Shown here: positions 29,339 to 39,514 of the stretch, in pieces
How the letters are laid out: every line of letters begins with the position of its first letter
Position numbering within the stretch: position 1 is the first letter of the stretch
Program-made: the position numbers and the translations under genes
From: an uncultured Spirochaetota bacterium
GTDB lineage: Bacteria > Spirochaetota > Spirochaetia > SZUA-6 > Fen-1364
Length of the DNA stretch: 64,000 nucleotides
Assembly (NCBI GenBank): GCA_963734545.1
Contig: CAVTHO010000007.1
Location: 96,001-160,000 of the forward strand
Reading direction: 5' to 3'
Notes under the pieces: model-generated
The model's database searches: none
Told to the model about the DNA's origin: nothing
The model's input: the letters and a program-made list of their open reading frames with translations, nothing else

Positions 29339-31151
29339 CCTGCTGCTCCCTTGCCCGCCATTCCATCGCGCTGCCAAGCGTGATCCGGGCACCCCCTTCC
29401 TCCCCGTTCTCCAGGGAGAATGTGAAGTCCTGGCCATAAAAGAGCGCAAGCCGGGCGCACGTATTGATGAGGCCCATGCCTCCGATTGCCAGTCCCGCGT
29501 GCGTCCCCTGCACCGTTGCCTCGCGCCTGACGGCCGCCATCTTCTCCCGAAGCGCGTCGAGCGTGGCAGGATCGAAGCCCTGGCCGTTGTCGGTGATGAC
29601 GATCTGCCAGCGATCATCCCGCACGAATCCGCACAGAGAGATGCGCATGACCCTCTGCACGTCCTGGTACCCGTGGTTGATCGAGTTCTCCACGATCTGC
29701 TGGAGTACGATCTTGGGCATCGGCTTCTCGCGCACCGAGGGATCGACATCGATGCTGAACTCCAGCCTGTGCTCGAACCGTCTTTTCATCAGGGAGAGAT
29801 ACGTGTTGACATGCTCGATCTCCGCTCCGATCGAGGCGGTCCGGTTGGTGGTGGCGGTCGAATAGCGGAGCATCGCGGCGATGCCGTCACAGATCTCGCA
29901 GATTTCCTCGTCGCCCGCCTCGAGTCCCCTGTTGGAGATCACGGTAAGGACGTTGTAGATGAAATGAGGATTCACCTGGGCCTGCAGGGAATCGAGCATG
30001 GCCTGCATCTGCAGGGATTGGGAGCGGATCTCCCGCCCCACCGCCGCATTCAGTCTCGCCCGGAGCCGCTGGAAAGACATGTTCAAAGCCTCGATCTCGT
30101 CGTTCGCCTCTTCGAATGTCAGTCTCTCGGGCAGGTTTTCCAATCCAGTTTTCTCCATGGTCTGGGTGAGCTGCCGCAGGGGCCGCGTAAGCTGGCGGGA
30201 GGAAAGGTAGTTGTACAGGAGCGACGCCGCGATGATCAGCAGGGAGATCAGGAATGTCATGTTCCTCGTGAACCGAAGCGGGCTGAGAAGGGAGTTCTTG
30301 TCCTGGGCCAGGAGGACCGTGATGCCGGTGTATGCGGATGAGCTTCCGGTCACGAGTTCATCCTGATTCGTGATCGTGTTCCGCGTGAGAGACACGGAGG
30401 CCTTCAGGGACCGGGTAAGGGAAGCGTAGTATGCCACCAGCGAGGGATCCATTGCACGATTCTCGTAGAACACCTCGCCGGTGGCCATCATCGCCAGGAC
30501 GGAGATATCCTCCTTGACGGGCACCGAGAAAAGGCGCTGGAGGTCCGCATAGGGGTTCTGGACCTCGACGTATCCCATTCCGCCTTTTGGACCCTGCACG
30601 GAGCGCACGAGGCCGAACACCTGCATCTCGCCTGCTTGATTCCATGGATCCACGTAACGGGGAAGAATCAGGGCTCTGCCGTGCGCCTCATCCGCGCGCG
30701 CGATCCATGGATAGCCCGGTATCAGCAGATCGACATTCCGGACAGAAGCGTGACTCTTGAAATTGCTGGAAAGAAAATCCCCCTGCCTGTTGAATACGTT
30801 CACGCTGTAAAAGTTCTTGCCGATCGAATAGCTGAGAAGCGTCCCATTGATGGTCTGCCAGCCCTCGTTGATGTAGAGCAGGTTCCGGGGGTCGCTCCTG
30901 TCCAGATTTGCGAGGCTCGCCATTGAGGACATGAAATCCCCGTTGGACAGCAGATAGGTCGTGATGAAGTCCATGGGCCTGATCATGTTGTCCAGCTGCT
31001 GGGACATTTTCTCCGCGATGACCGAAAGACTCGAATAGGCGGTGTTCTCGAACGCCCGCGCCGTGTACGAATAGAAGCTGATGCCCAGGATGACGACGAG
31101 CAGGATGATGAGAACGGAATAGGTCGAGAGAAGACGGGTCTGGAATCTCAT
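29316..31151 (-). CDS. YesM-like sensor histidine kinase
   Basis: Two TMs, HAMP, LQAQVNPHFIYNVL, LQQIVENSINHG, DNGQGF, GMGLIN. Confidence 0.92.
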   Translation of the reverse strand: MRFQTRLLSTYSVLIILLVVILGISFYSYTARAFENTAYSSLSVIAEKMSQQLDNMIRPMDFITTYLLSNGDFMSSMASLANLDRSDPRNLLYINEGWQTINGTLLSYSIGKNFYSVNVFNRQGDFLSSNFKSHASVRNVDLLIPGYPWIARADEAHGRALILPRYVDPWNQAGEMQVFGLVRSVQGPKGGMGYVEVQNPYADLQRLFSVPVKEDISVLAMMATGEVFYENRAMDPSLVAYYASLTRSLKASVSLTRNTITNQDELVTGSSSAYTGITVLLAQDKNSLLSPLRFTRNMTFLISLLIIAASLLYNYLSSRQLTRPLRQLTQTMEKTGLENLPERLTFEEANDEIEALNMSFQRLRARLNAAVGREIRSQSLQMQAMLDSLQAQVNPHFIYNVLTVISNRGLEAGDEEICEICDGIAAMLRYSTATTNRTASIGAEIEHVNTYLSLMKRRFEHRLEFSIDVDPSVREKPMPKIVLQQIVENSINHGYQDVQRVMRISLCGFVRDDRWQIVITDNGQGFDPATLDALREKMAAVRREATVQGTHAGLAIGGMGLINTCARLALFYGQDFTFSLENGEEGGARITLGSAMEWRAREQQDAEIAAG

Positions 31152-31244
31152 TCCATCCCTGTTCTATCGCATGGCCTTGCGCCGGACAAGGGTAAAGTCG
31201 GTTGCCGGGCTCGCTGCGAGCTCGTTTTTCTTTGCAGATAGTTG

Positions 31245-31283
31245 TTGACAGATTATTATAACTATGTTAAAATAACGTCGTTA
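31245..31283 (+). promoter_or_regulatory. tetR promoter overlapped by a double operator
   Basis: TTGACA-17nt-TAAAAT (extended TG); TAAC-TAT-GTTA-AAA-TAAC-GTC-GTTA at 31259-31283. Confidence 0.75.
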
Positions 31284-31296
31284 AAAAGGACTGATC

Positions 31297-31890
31297 ATGA
31301 CAAGAGCTGCAAACATCGATCTTCCGAAACGCATCCTGGAAGAAGCCGAGAAGGTCGTCGTCACCTCGGGCTACCAGGGAATCAACATGCGCGACCTGGC
31401 CGGCAGGGTGGGTGTGAGCGCGACAGCCATCTATCACTACTTTTCGAGCAAGGCCGAGCTTCTGCGCGCATTGAGACTCAGGGCCGTTGAGCTGCTCAAC
31501 CGGAGAATACGGGCGATCGGTCAAGATCTGCCCGGCCCCGAGGTCCTGAGCGCCCTCGGCCGCGAATACCTGGATTTTGCCGAAAAAAATCCCAATCTCT
31601 ACAGGCTTGTTTTCGAGGCACCCCTGGATGAAAGCGCGGAGAACGGTGCCGACCACCCGGTCTTTTACTATACGTACCGCGCTGCGCGGGACACGCTGCG
31701 AAAAATGGCGGAAGCGGGGGAGCACCCCGTGGACCCGAGATACGGGGCGATGATGGGCTGGATCATGCTTCACGGATTTTCCTCCCTCATGATGTCGGGA
31801 GTGCTCCCGCCTGCTGAAGGGATGAGCAAAGAGACGCTGCGCGAAGTGTTCATGAGCTTTTACGCGCATGGCGAGAGCGGCGAAGGCTGA
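31297..31890 (+). CDS. TetR/AcrR-family transcriptional regulator (WHG-like C-domain)
   Basis: MRDLAGRVGVSATAIYHYFSSKAELL; WIMLHG. Confidence 0.92.
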   Translation: MTRAANIDLPKRILEEAEKVVVTSGYQGINMRDLAGRVGVSATAIYHYFSSKAELLRALRLRAVELLNRRIRAIGQDLPGPEVLSALGREYLDFAEKNPNLYRLVFEAPLDESAENGADHPVFYYTYRAARDTLRKMAEAGEHPVDPRYGAMMGWIMLHGFSSLMMSGVLPPAEGMSKETLREVFMSFYAHGESGEG

Positions 31891-31932
31891 GAAAATGCCT
31901 GCTTGAGCGCAGGCAAATTATTTTATCTTAAT

Positions 31933-31961
31933 TGTAACATAGTTAATATAACTATGTTACA
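31933..31961. promoter_or_regulatory. Palindromic operator upstream of the flavoprotein gene
   Basis: TGTAACATAGTTA-ATA-TAACTATGTTACA, a perfect 13-bp inverted repeat. Confidence 0.8.
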
Positions 31962-31975
31962 GAGGAGGAACCGAA

Positions 31976-33382
31976 ATGAGGATCGTGGTTCTAAATGGAA
32001 GCCCCAAGGGGGAGGTCAGCGTAACCCGGCAGTATGTGGCGTATCTCGAGAGGACATTTCCCGAACACCATTTCGAAGTCCTGCCCGTGGCTCAGAGGAT
32101 CAGGGAGCTGGAGAGGGATGCCGCGGCCTTCGAAAGGGTGGTCGAAGAGGTGCGCGCAGCGGACGGCGTGATCTGGGCGTTTCCATTGTACATCCTGCTG
32201 GTCTGCTCGCAGTACAAGAGATTCATCGAGCTGATCGATGAGCGCGGCGCAGCGGATGCCTTCGTGGGAAAGCATGCATGCACCCTCTCCACCTCGATAA
32301 ACTATTTCGATTCGAGCGCCCATACCTACGTGCGTTCCGTGTGCGAGGACCTGGGACAGAGATTCGTGGGCACGTATTCGGCACAGATGCACGACCTTCT
32401 CAAGCCGGAGGAGCGCCGGCGGCTGGAGCTTTTTGCCGAGGATTTCTTCGCCGCAATTGCGGGGAGAATGGAGTTTCCGCGTCTCTCGACGGCCCTCCCA
32501 CGCACGCCGGCCTTGCGCTACCGGCCGGGAACACCCCTGCAGCGGGTCCGGACCGGTGGCCGGAAGATCGTGATCCTGAGCGATGCGCGGCCGGGACAGG
32601 AGAATCTCCATGGCATGGTGGCGCGGCTTCGCAATGCCTGGGACGGGGACGTCAAGCTGGTGAACCTCCATGACCTGGACATCAAGGGAGGCTGCCAGGG
32701 CTGTCTTCGCTGCGGGGCGGCGTATCGATGCGCCTATACGGGAAAAGACGGTTTCATCGGGTTTTACAATGAAGTCCTGCGGCCGGCTGATATCATCGTG
32801 TTCGCGGGGGCAATAGTGAGCCGCCAGCTCTCCTGGAAATGGCGGGAGTTCTTCGACAGGAGCTTCTTCAATACCCACACGCCGTCCCTGGTCGGCAAGC
32901 AGATGGCGTTTGTCGTTTCAGGGCCCCTGAGCCTGGTCCCCGAGCTTCGGGAGACCTACGAAGGCTGGGTCGAGCTCCAGCGCTCGCACCTGGTGTCCTT
33001 CGTCTCCGACGAGAGGGAAAACAGCGACGTTCTTGACCTCACTTTGCAGGGTCTGGCGGGGCGGCTCGTGCAGTTCGCCGGTTCCGGCTACATCAAGCCG
33101 CGCACGTTCCTCGGCGTTGCGGGGATGAAGATCTTCCGGGACGACATCTGGGCCCAGCTCCGGGTCGTTTTTCGCGCAGACCACAGGGCGTACAAACGGC
33201 TGGGATACTACGATTTCCCCCAGCGCAGGGTGGTCCGCAGGCTCGTCATGGGCCTCGCCTGGATCGCTACGGGGCTGCCCTTCATTCGCCGCCGATTTCC
33301 CTCCATGATCAGAACGCACATGATCATTCCCCTGCGAAAGGCAGCTTTGAGGGCTGTTCCTCAACCGCACGTTTCGGGATAG
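31976..33382 (+). CDS. Tandem flavodoxin-like NAD(P)H-dependent oxidoreductase / iron-sulfur flavoprotein
   Basis: VLNGSPK, ADGVIWAFPLY; second domain GCQGCLRC....C; GAGGAGG RBS. Confidence 0.82.
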   Translation: MRIVVLNGSPKGEVSVTRQYVAYLERTFPEHHFEVLPVAQRIRELERDAAAFERVVEEVRAADGVIWAFPLYILLVCSQYKRFIELIDERGAADAFVGKHACTLSTSINYFDSSAHTYVRSVCEDLGQRFVGTYSAQMHDLLKPEERRRLELFAEDFFAAIAGRMEFPRLSTALPRTPALRYRPGTPLQRVRTGGRKIVILSDARPGQENLHGMVARLRNAWDGDVKLVNLHDLDIKGGCQGCLRCGAAYRCAYTGKDGFIGFYNEVLRPADIIVFAGAIVSRQLSWKWREFFDRSFFNTHTPSLVGKQMAFVVSGPLSLVPELRETYEGWVELQRSHLVSFVSDERENSDVLDLTLQGLAGRLVQFAGSGYIKPRTFLGVAGMKIFRDDIWAQLRVVFRADHRAYKRLGYYDFPQRRVVRRLVMGLAWIATGLPFIRRRFPSMIRTHMIIPLRKAALRAVPQPHVSG

Positions 33383-33418
33383 GATGAGGGGGGCGCCGGA
33401 AGGGCGCCTGATCCGGCC

Positions 33419-34531
33419 ATGGGTGACGAACACATCATCTCAATTGTGCAGGGGTGGGATACCGTCCGATTCGAGCTGCTCAACACGCGGATCTCGGACC
33501 TGCCCCTGCAGATCGAGGGCTCATTCCTTGAGCCCTTTACCCGCCGGCTGCACAAGGAGCTCGACGCAAAGCGGATCGACTTCAAGCCCGATTTCTACCT
33601 CACGGACGGCTGGGGATGCCCGGACAGGGTGCCTGTCATCGGTATTCCATTCTACCTTGCGGACGCGAAATTGCGCCAGCTCGAGAAAGAGCAGACCGGG
33701 GAAATAGAGGACGAGACGGACATCATGAGGCTGCTTCGCCATGAGGCGGGGCACGCGCTCAACTACGCGTATCGTCTCTGGGAGAGGGAGGAATGGCGCA
33801 CGATCTTCGGCGTCTTTACAAAGCCCTATCGCGAAGATTTCCGCCCCGAGCGCTGGAGCAGGCAGTTCGTCAGGCACATCGAAGCATACGGACTCGGGCG
33901 CACCTACGCGCAAAAACACCCGGATGAGGATTTCGCGGAGACATTCGCGGTCTGGCTGACGCCACGGTCGGGATGGAGGAGGCTGTATCGCAACTGGCCT
34001 GCCATCCGCAAGCTCCAGTATGTGGACGTCCTGGCAAAAGAGCTCGGCCGGGTCCCGCCTCCGCGGTATCGCCAACGGCTGGCGCGCCCCGTTGCCTCCA
34101 TGCGCATTCTCCTGGCGGAGCACTACGGCCAGAAAGCCAAACGCCTGCGCGCCGCTGCCCAGGGTTACGTGGACGACAAGCTGCGCGAGGTCTTTCCCCC
34201 GGCGCGCACCAATGCGCCGATTCCCGCCGCAGAGATCTTCCGCCGCCACAAAGCGGGGCTGGTCAAGCGCACGGTGAGGTGGTCCGGGCTCGAGGAAGAA
34301 GAAGTAGAGGCGATTTTCAAGAAACTGGAGACCCGCGCGTCATCTCTGAAGCTCTTCTACCCCCGCAGCCAGGGGGCGGAAAAGACCATGGACACGGTGG
34401 CGCTGTTGATCTCTCTGGCCATCGAATACGCCACGACAGGCAGGCTGACCGGTGAGCGGGCGGGAGGGAGTCTGCCCGTACAGCTCAGGCCGGACTCCAT
34501 TGGGCAGACCTGGCTTTTCGTCCCTGCGTGA
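33419..34531 (+). CDS. Putative zinc-binding metallopeptidase (Peptidase_Mx-like)
   Basis: LRHEAGH zincin motif; YAQKHPDEDFAETFAVWL. Confidence 0.8.
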   Translation: MGDEHIISIVQGWDTVRFELLNTRISDLPLQIEGSFLEPFTRRLHKELDAKRIDFKPDFYLTDGWGCPDRVPVIGIPFYLADAKLRQLEKEQTGEIEDETDIMRLLRHEAGHALNYAYRLWEREEWRTIFGVFTKPYREDFRPERWSRQFVRHIEAYGLGRTYAQKHPDEDFAETFAVWLTPRSGWRRLYRNWPAIRKLQYVDVLAKELGRVPPPRYRQRLARPVASMRILLAEHYGQKAKRLRAAAQGYVDDKLREVFPPARTNAPIPAAEIFRRHKAGLVKRTVRWSGLEEEEVEAIFKKLETRASSLKLFYPRSQGAEKTMDTVALLISLAIEYATTGRLTGERAGGSLPVQLRPDSIGQTWLFVPA

Positions 34532-35567
34532 AATGGATGGGGAGATCGAGATCGAACGGCGGGCCCTCGAAGGACGCCTTGATGATCAGCTGCATCAGCT
34601 CGGGGTAGGGGATGCCTGCTTTTTTCGCGGACCTGGCCAGCCCCACCCCCGCGTCCAGGAGGGGGTTGCAGTTTACCTCCAGCACGCGCGGCACGGACTC
34701 CTCGTCCAGCCGGATGTCCACGCGGCCGTACCCCCAGCCACCCACCGCGCGGAACGCGCGCACGGCTGTATCCGCGATCGATGCGGCCAGGCCGTCTTCC
34801 ACCCGGGCCGGACAGATCACCCGGGTTCTCTGGTATTCGATGGTATCTTCCATCCATTTGGACGCATAGGACATGATCGGGGGGATGTCGGGAGGCAGGC
34901 GGGAGTAGTCGACCTCCGCCAGCGGAAGCACGCGCAGCTTCTTCCCCCCGACGAACCCGACGTTGAATTCGCGCCCCGGCAGGAATTGCTGCGCCAGCGC
35001 GGGCTGGCGATAGGTGGCAAGGATGTCGCGGACCTTCGCGCGCAGCGCGCTCTTGCCTGCCACCACCGAATCGCGGTCCGTCCCTATGCCCGCGTGCTCC
35101 TGGCTGGGCTGGACGATGAGGGGAAACTGCCATTCGTGCTTGTCGATGTCTCCCAGTCTCTCCAGCAGGCGCGTGTACGGAGGGATCGGGATGCCCGCCC
35201 CCTGCAGAAGGCTCGCGCTCATGTACTTGTAGCGGCTCAGGCCCAGGCCCAGCGCGGGACTGCCCGTCATGGGAAATCCCATGATCCGAACGAGGGTGGC
35301 CACCCGCATCTCATAGAGAGCGCCGTGCACCACGTCGTCATACTGATTGAAGACGACATCGGGTTTCAGGCGCATCAGTTTTCTCTGGAATGCGTAAAGA
35401 TCGTTGGCCAGCGGCACCGCGGTGACCGTGTGTCCCAGCGAGCGCAGCGCGCGGGACATGCGGCGGATCATCAGCCGCAGATCGCTGATGCTGCCGCGGT
35501 CGGCGCGGGAATCGGGCACGGAATCCGTATAGGTATTGAAGATCAGGGCGATCCGGTAGCTCTTCAT
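34485..35567 (-). CDS. D-Ala-D-Ala-ligase-like ATP-grasp protein
   Basis: PDVVFN, MTGS, FPLIVQP, FLPGREFNV, YGRVDIRL, LEVNCNP. Confidence 0.85.
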   Translation of the reverse strand: MKSYRIALIFNTYTDSVPDSRADRGSISDLRLMIRRMSRALRSLGHTVTAVPLANDLYAFQRKLMRLKPDVVFNQYDDVVHGALYEMRVATLVRIMGFPMTGSPALGLGLSRYKYMSASLLQGAGIPIPPYTRLLERLGDIDKHEWQFPLIVQPSQEHAGIGTDRDSVVAGKSALRAKVRDILATYRQPALAQQFLPGREFNVGFVGGKKLRVLPLAEVDYSRLPPDIPPIMSYASKWMEDTIEYQRTRVICPARVEDGLAASIADTAVRAFRAVGGWGYGRVDIRLDEESVPRVLEVNCNPLLDAGVGLARSAKKAGIPYPELMQLIIKASFEGPPFDLDLPIHFTQGRKARSAQWSPA

Positions 35568-35754
35568 TCAGGCTCTATGCAGCTCACGGGGACATGGAGC
35601 GATCAGAAGAAGGTCGCGCATCTCGTCATTGTAGGAGCGCGCACGCGCCGCGTCAAGGCGACACGCCGGCTTTGCCTTCCGGCGCCCGTGCTCGCTATTA
35701 TCTATACTGAGTCGCGGACGGCCACCCGGAGCGCCGTGAAGGAGTGTGTCATTC

Positions 35755-37035
35755 ATGATCGGTTCCAGACGCAGGCTTTTCATACCGGCAGCAGCCCTTT
35801 CCCTCCTGGCCATCGCATTTCTGGCGGGCTTTACCGTCGAACGCTCGTTGAACACTCAGGCGCCGTCGGGTTCGTCCCTGCTGGCCCTCGATGTTTCTCT
35901 GATCCGCGAGGCCGGGAACGTGATCGATCAGAACTACGTGGACCGCCCCGCCGTGCAAACCGAGTCACTCACCTATGGGGCCATCCAGGGCATGGTCGAC
36001 GCCCTCGGCGACACCGGCCATTCGAGGTTCCTCACGCCGCGGATGGTGCAGGCCGAGCGTTCCCTGCTGCGCGGCACGTATGTCGGCGTCGGCCTGGAGA
36101 TCGCGATGAGAAACGGGAGGGCGACGATCGTCGCGCCTCTGGACAATTCGCCTGCCTTCGCGGCAGGTCTTCACTCCGGGCAGCAGATCCTCAAGGTGGA
36201 AGGCCGGGACATCTCCACGCTTCCCATTGATCAGCTGGCCGGACGGATCATGGGGCCCGCCGGAAGCACCGTCACGCTCTCCATCTTCGACCCCCGGTCC
36301 GGCGCGACCTCCGAGGTGCTTCTCGTGCGCGCGGAGATAAGGGTGACCAATGTCTCCTGGCAGCCCATCCCCGGCTCCCGTTTCGCGGATCTTCGGGTCG
36401 CCGCGTTCAGCGCGGGGGTGACGGAGGGCGTCAGGACTGCCCTCGAGGAAATCCAGAGGCAGGGGCTGCCCGGCGCCGTCCTGGATTTGCGCAACAACCC
36501 CGGCGGACAGCTCAGCGAGGCCATCGGGGTGGCGAGCCAGTTCCTGGATTCGGGGGAAGTTCTCCTGGAAAAGGATGCCAAGGGCGTTGTCCGTCCTGAC
36601 CACGTGAAGCCGGGCGGGGTTGCGCTTTCCCTCCCGCTGGTGGTGCTGATAGACGGGGGGACGGCAAGCGCGGCGGAGATTGTTGCCGGCGCCCTGCAGA
36701 GCCACGGGCGCGCGTCCCTTGCCGGAGAGACGAGCTTCGGGACCGGAACAGTGCTCCAGATGTTCCGGCTGTCCGACGGCTCCCAGATTCTGCTGGCAGT
36801 CGAGGAATGGCTCACTCCCCAGGGCAGCACGATCTGGCACAAAGGCATCACGCCGGACATGCTGATCGGGCTGAAACCCGACGCGGAAATCATGACCCCT
36901 TCGTCTCTCAGGGACATGACCCGCGAAGCTTTTCTCTCGGGAAGTGATCTTCAGCTCATCAAGGCGGTGGAAATGCTTGCGGGAAAAACGAACCCGACCG
37001 GCCGGAGCACCGCCGGCCCGGGGACCGGGGGCTGA
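35755..37035 (+). CDS. ctpA: Carboxyl-terminal processing protease (S41A, PDZ)
   Basis: GVGLEI, SPAFAAGL, LDLRNNPGG, TASAAEIVAGAL, GETSFG, GITPD. Confidence 0.88.
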   Translation: MIGSRRRLFIPAAALSLLAIAFLAGFTVERSLNTQAPSGSSLLALDVSLIREAGNVIDQNYVDRPAVQTESLTYGAIQGMVDALGDTGHSRFLTPRMVQAERSLLRGTYVGVGLEIAMRNGRATIVAPLDNSPAFAAGLHSGQQILKVEGRDISTLPIDQLAGRIMGPAGSTVTLSIFDPRSGATSEVLLVRAEIRVTNVSWQPIPGSRFADLRVAAFSAGVTEGVRTALEEIQRQGLPGAVLDLRNNPGGQLSEAIGVASQFLDSGEVLLEKDAKGVVRPDHVKPGGVALSLPLVVLIDGGTASAAEIVAGALQSHGRASLAGETSFGTGTVLQMFRLSDGSQILLAVEEWLTPQGSTIWHKGITPDMLIGLKPDAEIMTPSSLRDMTREAFLSGSDLQLIKAVEMLAGKTNPTGRSTAGPGTGG

Positions 37036-37043
37036 TACCGGCG

Positions 37044-38323
37044 CTACCGCGAGATTTTTCCCAGGTCGATCGTCCAGGCGCCCCTCCTCCAGGACCCGAT
37101 ATCCCCGAGGGTTCCCGAGAGGAGAGTCTTCAGATCGTGAAGCTCGACCCTGAGCGTCTCCCGCCCTGTCATGAAGATATCCTTTTCCTGGTATTGAAGG
37201 TGCAAGCCCTTGTTCTCCGCTGCTCCTTCCTTCGGCTCGAAGCTCCACGGGGAGTCGCCGTAAAGTGTCTTGTCGTCGGAGCCGAGGAGCCAGACGTCAA
37301 CGGGGGTATCGGCGGAGTTCCTGACATAGAGCCATCCGCTGCCTGCGCTGAGCTCCGGGACGAGCTCCAGAAGCCACGAGCCGTCAGGCCGCGGCCGGGC
37401 AATGTCCGCGAGCGGCAGTATCCGCAGTGAGCCCCTTGACGCCGTGATCTCCAGACGAGCGTCCCGGCTCACGAGCAGCGGGCCCTTGTTCCGCAATTCC
37501 AGATAGCTTCCCTGGGGATCGCCGGCATGCTCGTAGGCCGCAAAGCTCCAATAGGTGTCCATGACCGGCGCCCCCTTTGCGTCAAGGATGCGTATGGTCA
37601 CGGGCGTGCTTGTCAGATTGCGCACGTAGAGCCGGCCGGTCTTCCCCGGCCCCGCGCCCGCCCCGGATACCGCGGGCTGCGTCCCGCCCTGCCTGACCTC
37701 GAAGAGCCACGCCGCGCCGTCCCATCTCCTTCCGCGAGCCCCAGTCCGTCCGAGACCCGGGCGGCAGCCTCCGGCAGCTCCGCCTGCAGATTCTTCAGCG
37801 TAAAGATCCTCTCTTTCCGGCTCGAGCCATCCAGGATGCCGGGGCCCGCGAGTGCGACGGTGCCCGTTGCGTCCCGCAGCGACATCTCGCTCCAGTAGCT
37901 GTCCACAAGCAGGACCTGCCCGCCGGCCTTGACCATCCCTTCCAGCGGCTCGGCAACCAGGCGGTAGGCCAGCGCTTTTCTTCCTGCGAGGGGGGCTTTC
38001 TTTTCAGGGCCTCCGGTAATGGAGCCGTTCAGGATGACGGAAATCGAGACTTCCTCCAGCATCTCGTCCGAGGCGAGGGCGGATTCGAGGTCCTTCACCT
38101 GGTAAGGCTGATGCTCCTTGTATTCGCTGAGGTCGGAGAGACGACGGCGGTACCCGGTCCTCTTGAAGAGCACCGCTGTTTCGATCAGGAAGTGGAGGCA
38201 GACAGCCGCGAGGAGCACAATCCCGATCCATGCATAATCCTTGTCTTTTGCGATAATAAAAAGGGCGACGACAATCGCTGCCGCCGACCAGTTGATGATC
38301 TTCAGGGTGTGTCTCAGCCGCAT
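37044..38323 (-). CDS. Broken or chimeric hypothetical gene: 2-TM + GIDE-like N-part, internally repeated C-part; frame break near 37700-37740
   Basis: ORFs 37613..38329 and 37044..37625 are in different frames; two LYVRN...WSF repeats in the C-part. Confidence 0.55.
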
Positions 38324-38460
38324 GGACACCTGCCTTGGTGGGCGCGCCTGTCACACGTGTTGACGTGGGCACCACTCAATAATAGTCAGCACGCATCCAA
38401 ATGTCGAATTCTTCCGGCCGCTGTGCGCACCCGGCCGACGGAAGGCCGTGCACGGCGCAG

Positions 38461-38482
38461 AATCCGCGGAGTACCGCGATGC
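38461..38482 (+). repeat. REP-like hairpin unit
   Basis: AATCCGCGG-AGTA-CCGCGATGC. Confidence 0.75.
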
Positions 38483-38506
38483 GCGCCGTGCGCGGCGCTG
38501 GTCATT

Positions 38507-39331
38507 TCAGTAGGAATTGAGCGACGTCGTGACGCCGCTCTCGATCTGCGTCAGCTCGCCCGTCGACGTCTGGTTGTTCTTCTTGCTCGTGTAGATCGAT
38601 TTCACCATGTAGCCGGGCACCTTCTCGTTCACCCAGCTCTCGGCGGTCCCCTTGCTCGATTCATCGGTATAGAGATAGTGGTCGGTCGTGAATTTCCCCG
38701 CTTCCACCTGCACGGTCTGCTTGCCGGTGTAATACTTGGCCATCTCCGCGCGGCTCTTCGGCGCGGAATCGGACCCCGTGCCCGGTTGCGGCTTCATCTG
38801 ATCCTTGCTGGGCACGAACTCGCCGATCGCGCCGGTGTCAGGGTCCTGGTAGCGCACCTTGGTGACGACCGTGTCGGGGCCGACGAGGAACTCGTACACC
38901 ATGTTCACCTTGCCGCTGGTCATCTTGAAGCGCCACCACTGGGAATTGCCGGGCATGACCTTCAGGAGAGCGCGCTCGAATGTGACGGGCTCCTTTGAGC
39001 TTCCGCCCGTGGTCGTGAACTTCCAGATGGTTCCCTGTCCGGCCTTGTAGTTGGCGTCCTTATACCCGAACCAGCCCATGCTCCAGAAGCCGGTGTAGAA
39101 TGCGCTGAACTGATACTGATACACCTGTGCCGGAACGGCGGACCCCTGCGCCTTGCCCTGATCCGTAGGCGGATTGTCCGCCTGCTTCGACTGGGTGGTG
39201 TTCTGCGTTGATCCGCTCCCCATCGCATTGGTCAGGGTGTTCAAGGTCGAGCACCCGGCGAGCAGAAGCGCCGCGATCGTGAGCGCGAGCGGCAGGAGAG
39301 CAACACCCGTGGATCGGTTTTTCTTTGTCAC
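38507..39331 (-). CDS. Hypothetical lipoprotein
   Basis: GGAGG RBS; lipobox LLAG-C; VQVEAGKFTT motif. Confidence 0.8.
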   Translation of the reverse strand: MTKKNRSTGVALLPLALTIAALLLAGCSTLNTLTNAMGSGSTQNTTQSKQADNPPTDQGKAQGSAVPAQVYQYQFSAFYTGFWSMGWFGYKDANYKAGQGTIWKFTTTGGSSKEPVTFERALLKVMPGNSQWWRFKMTSGKVNMVYEFLVGPDTVVTKVRYQDPDTGAIGEFVPSKDQMKPQPGTGSDSAPKSRAEMAKYYTGKQTVQVEAGKFTTDHYLYTDESSKGTAESWVNEKVPGYMVKSIYTSKKNNQTSTGELTQIESGVTTSLNSY

Positions 39332-39514
39332 CTTCAGTCCTCCTTTGTGAAAACGAATCGCTTATTTTGCGTACGTCTAAGTAGCGCATGGGACGGACCA
39401 AAGGCAACATCTTTCTGCACGGGTATCCGGCATCGTCGGCGGCCGGTTCGGCTCCGCTCTGCCGGGGCATCTCCCAACTTGACTATCGCTGCGTCTGTAC
39501 CGAAATTCCAGCAC

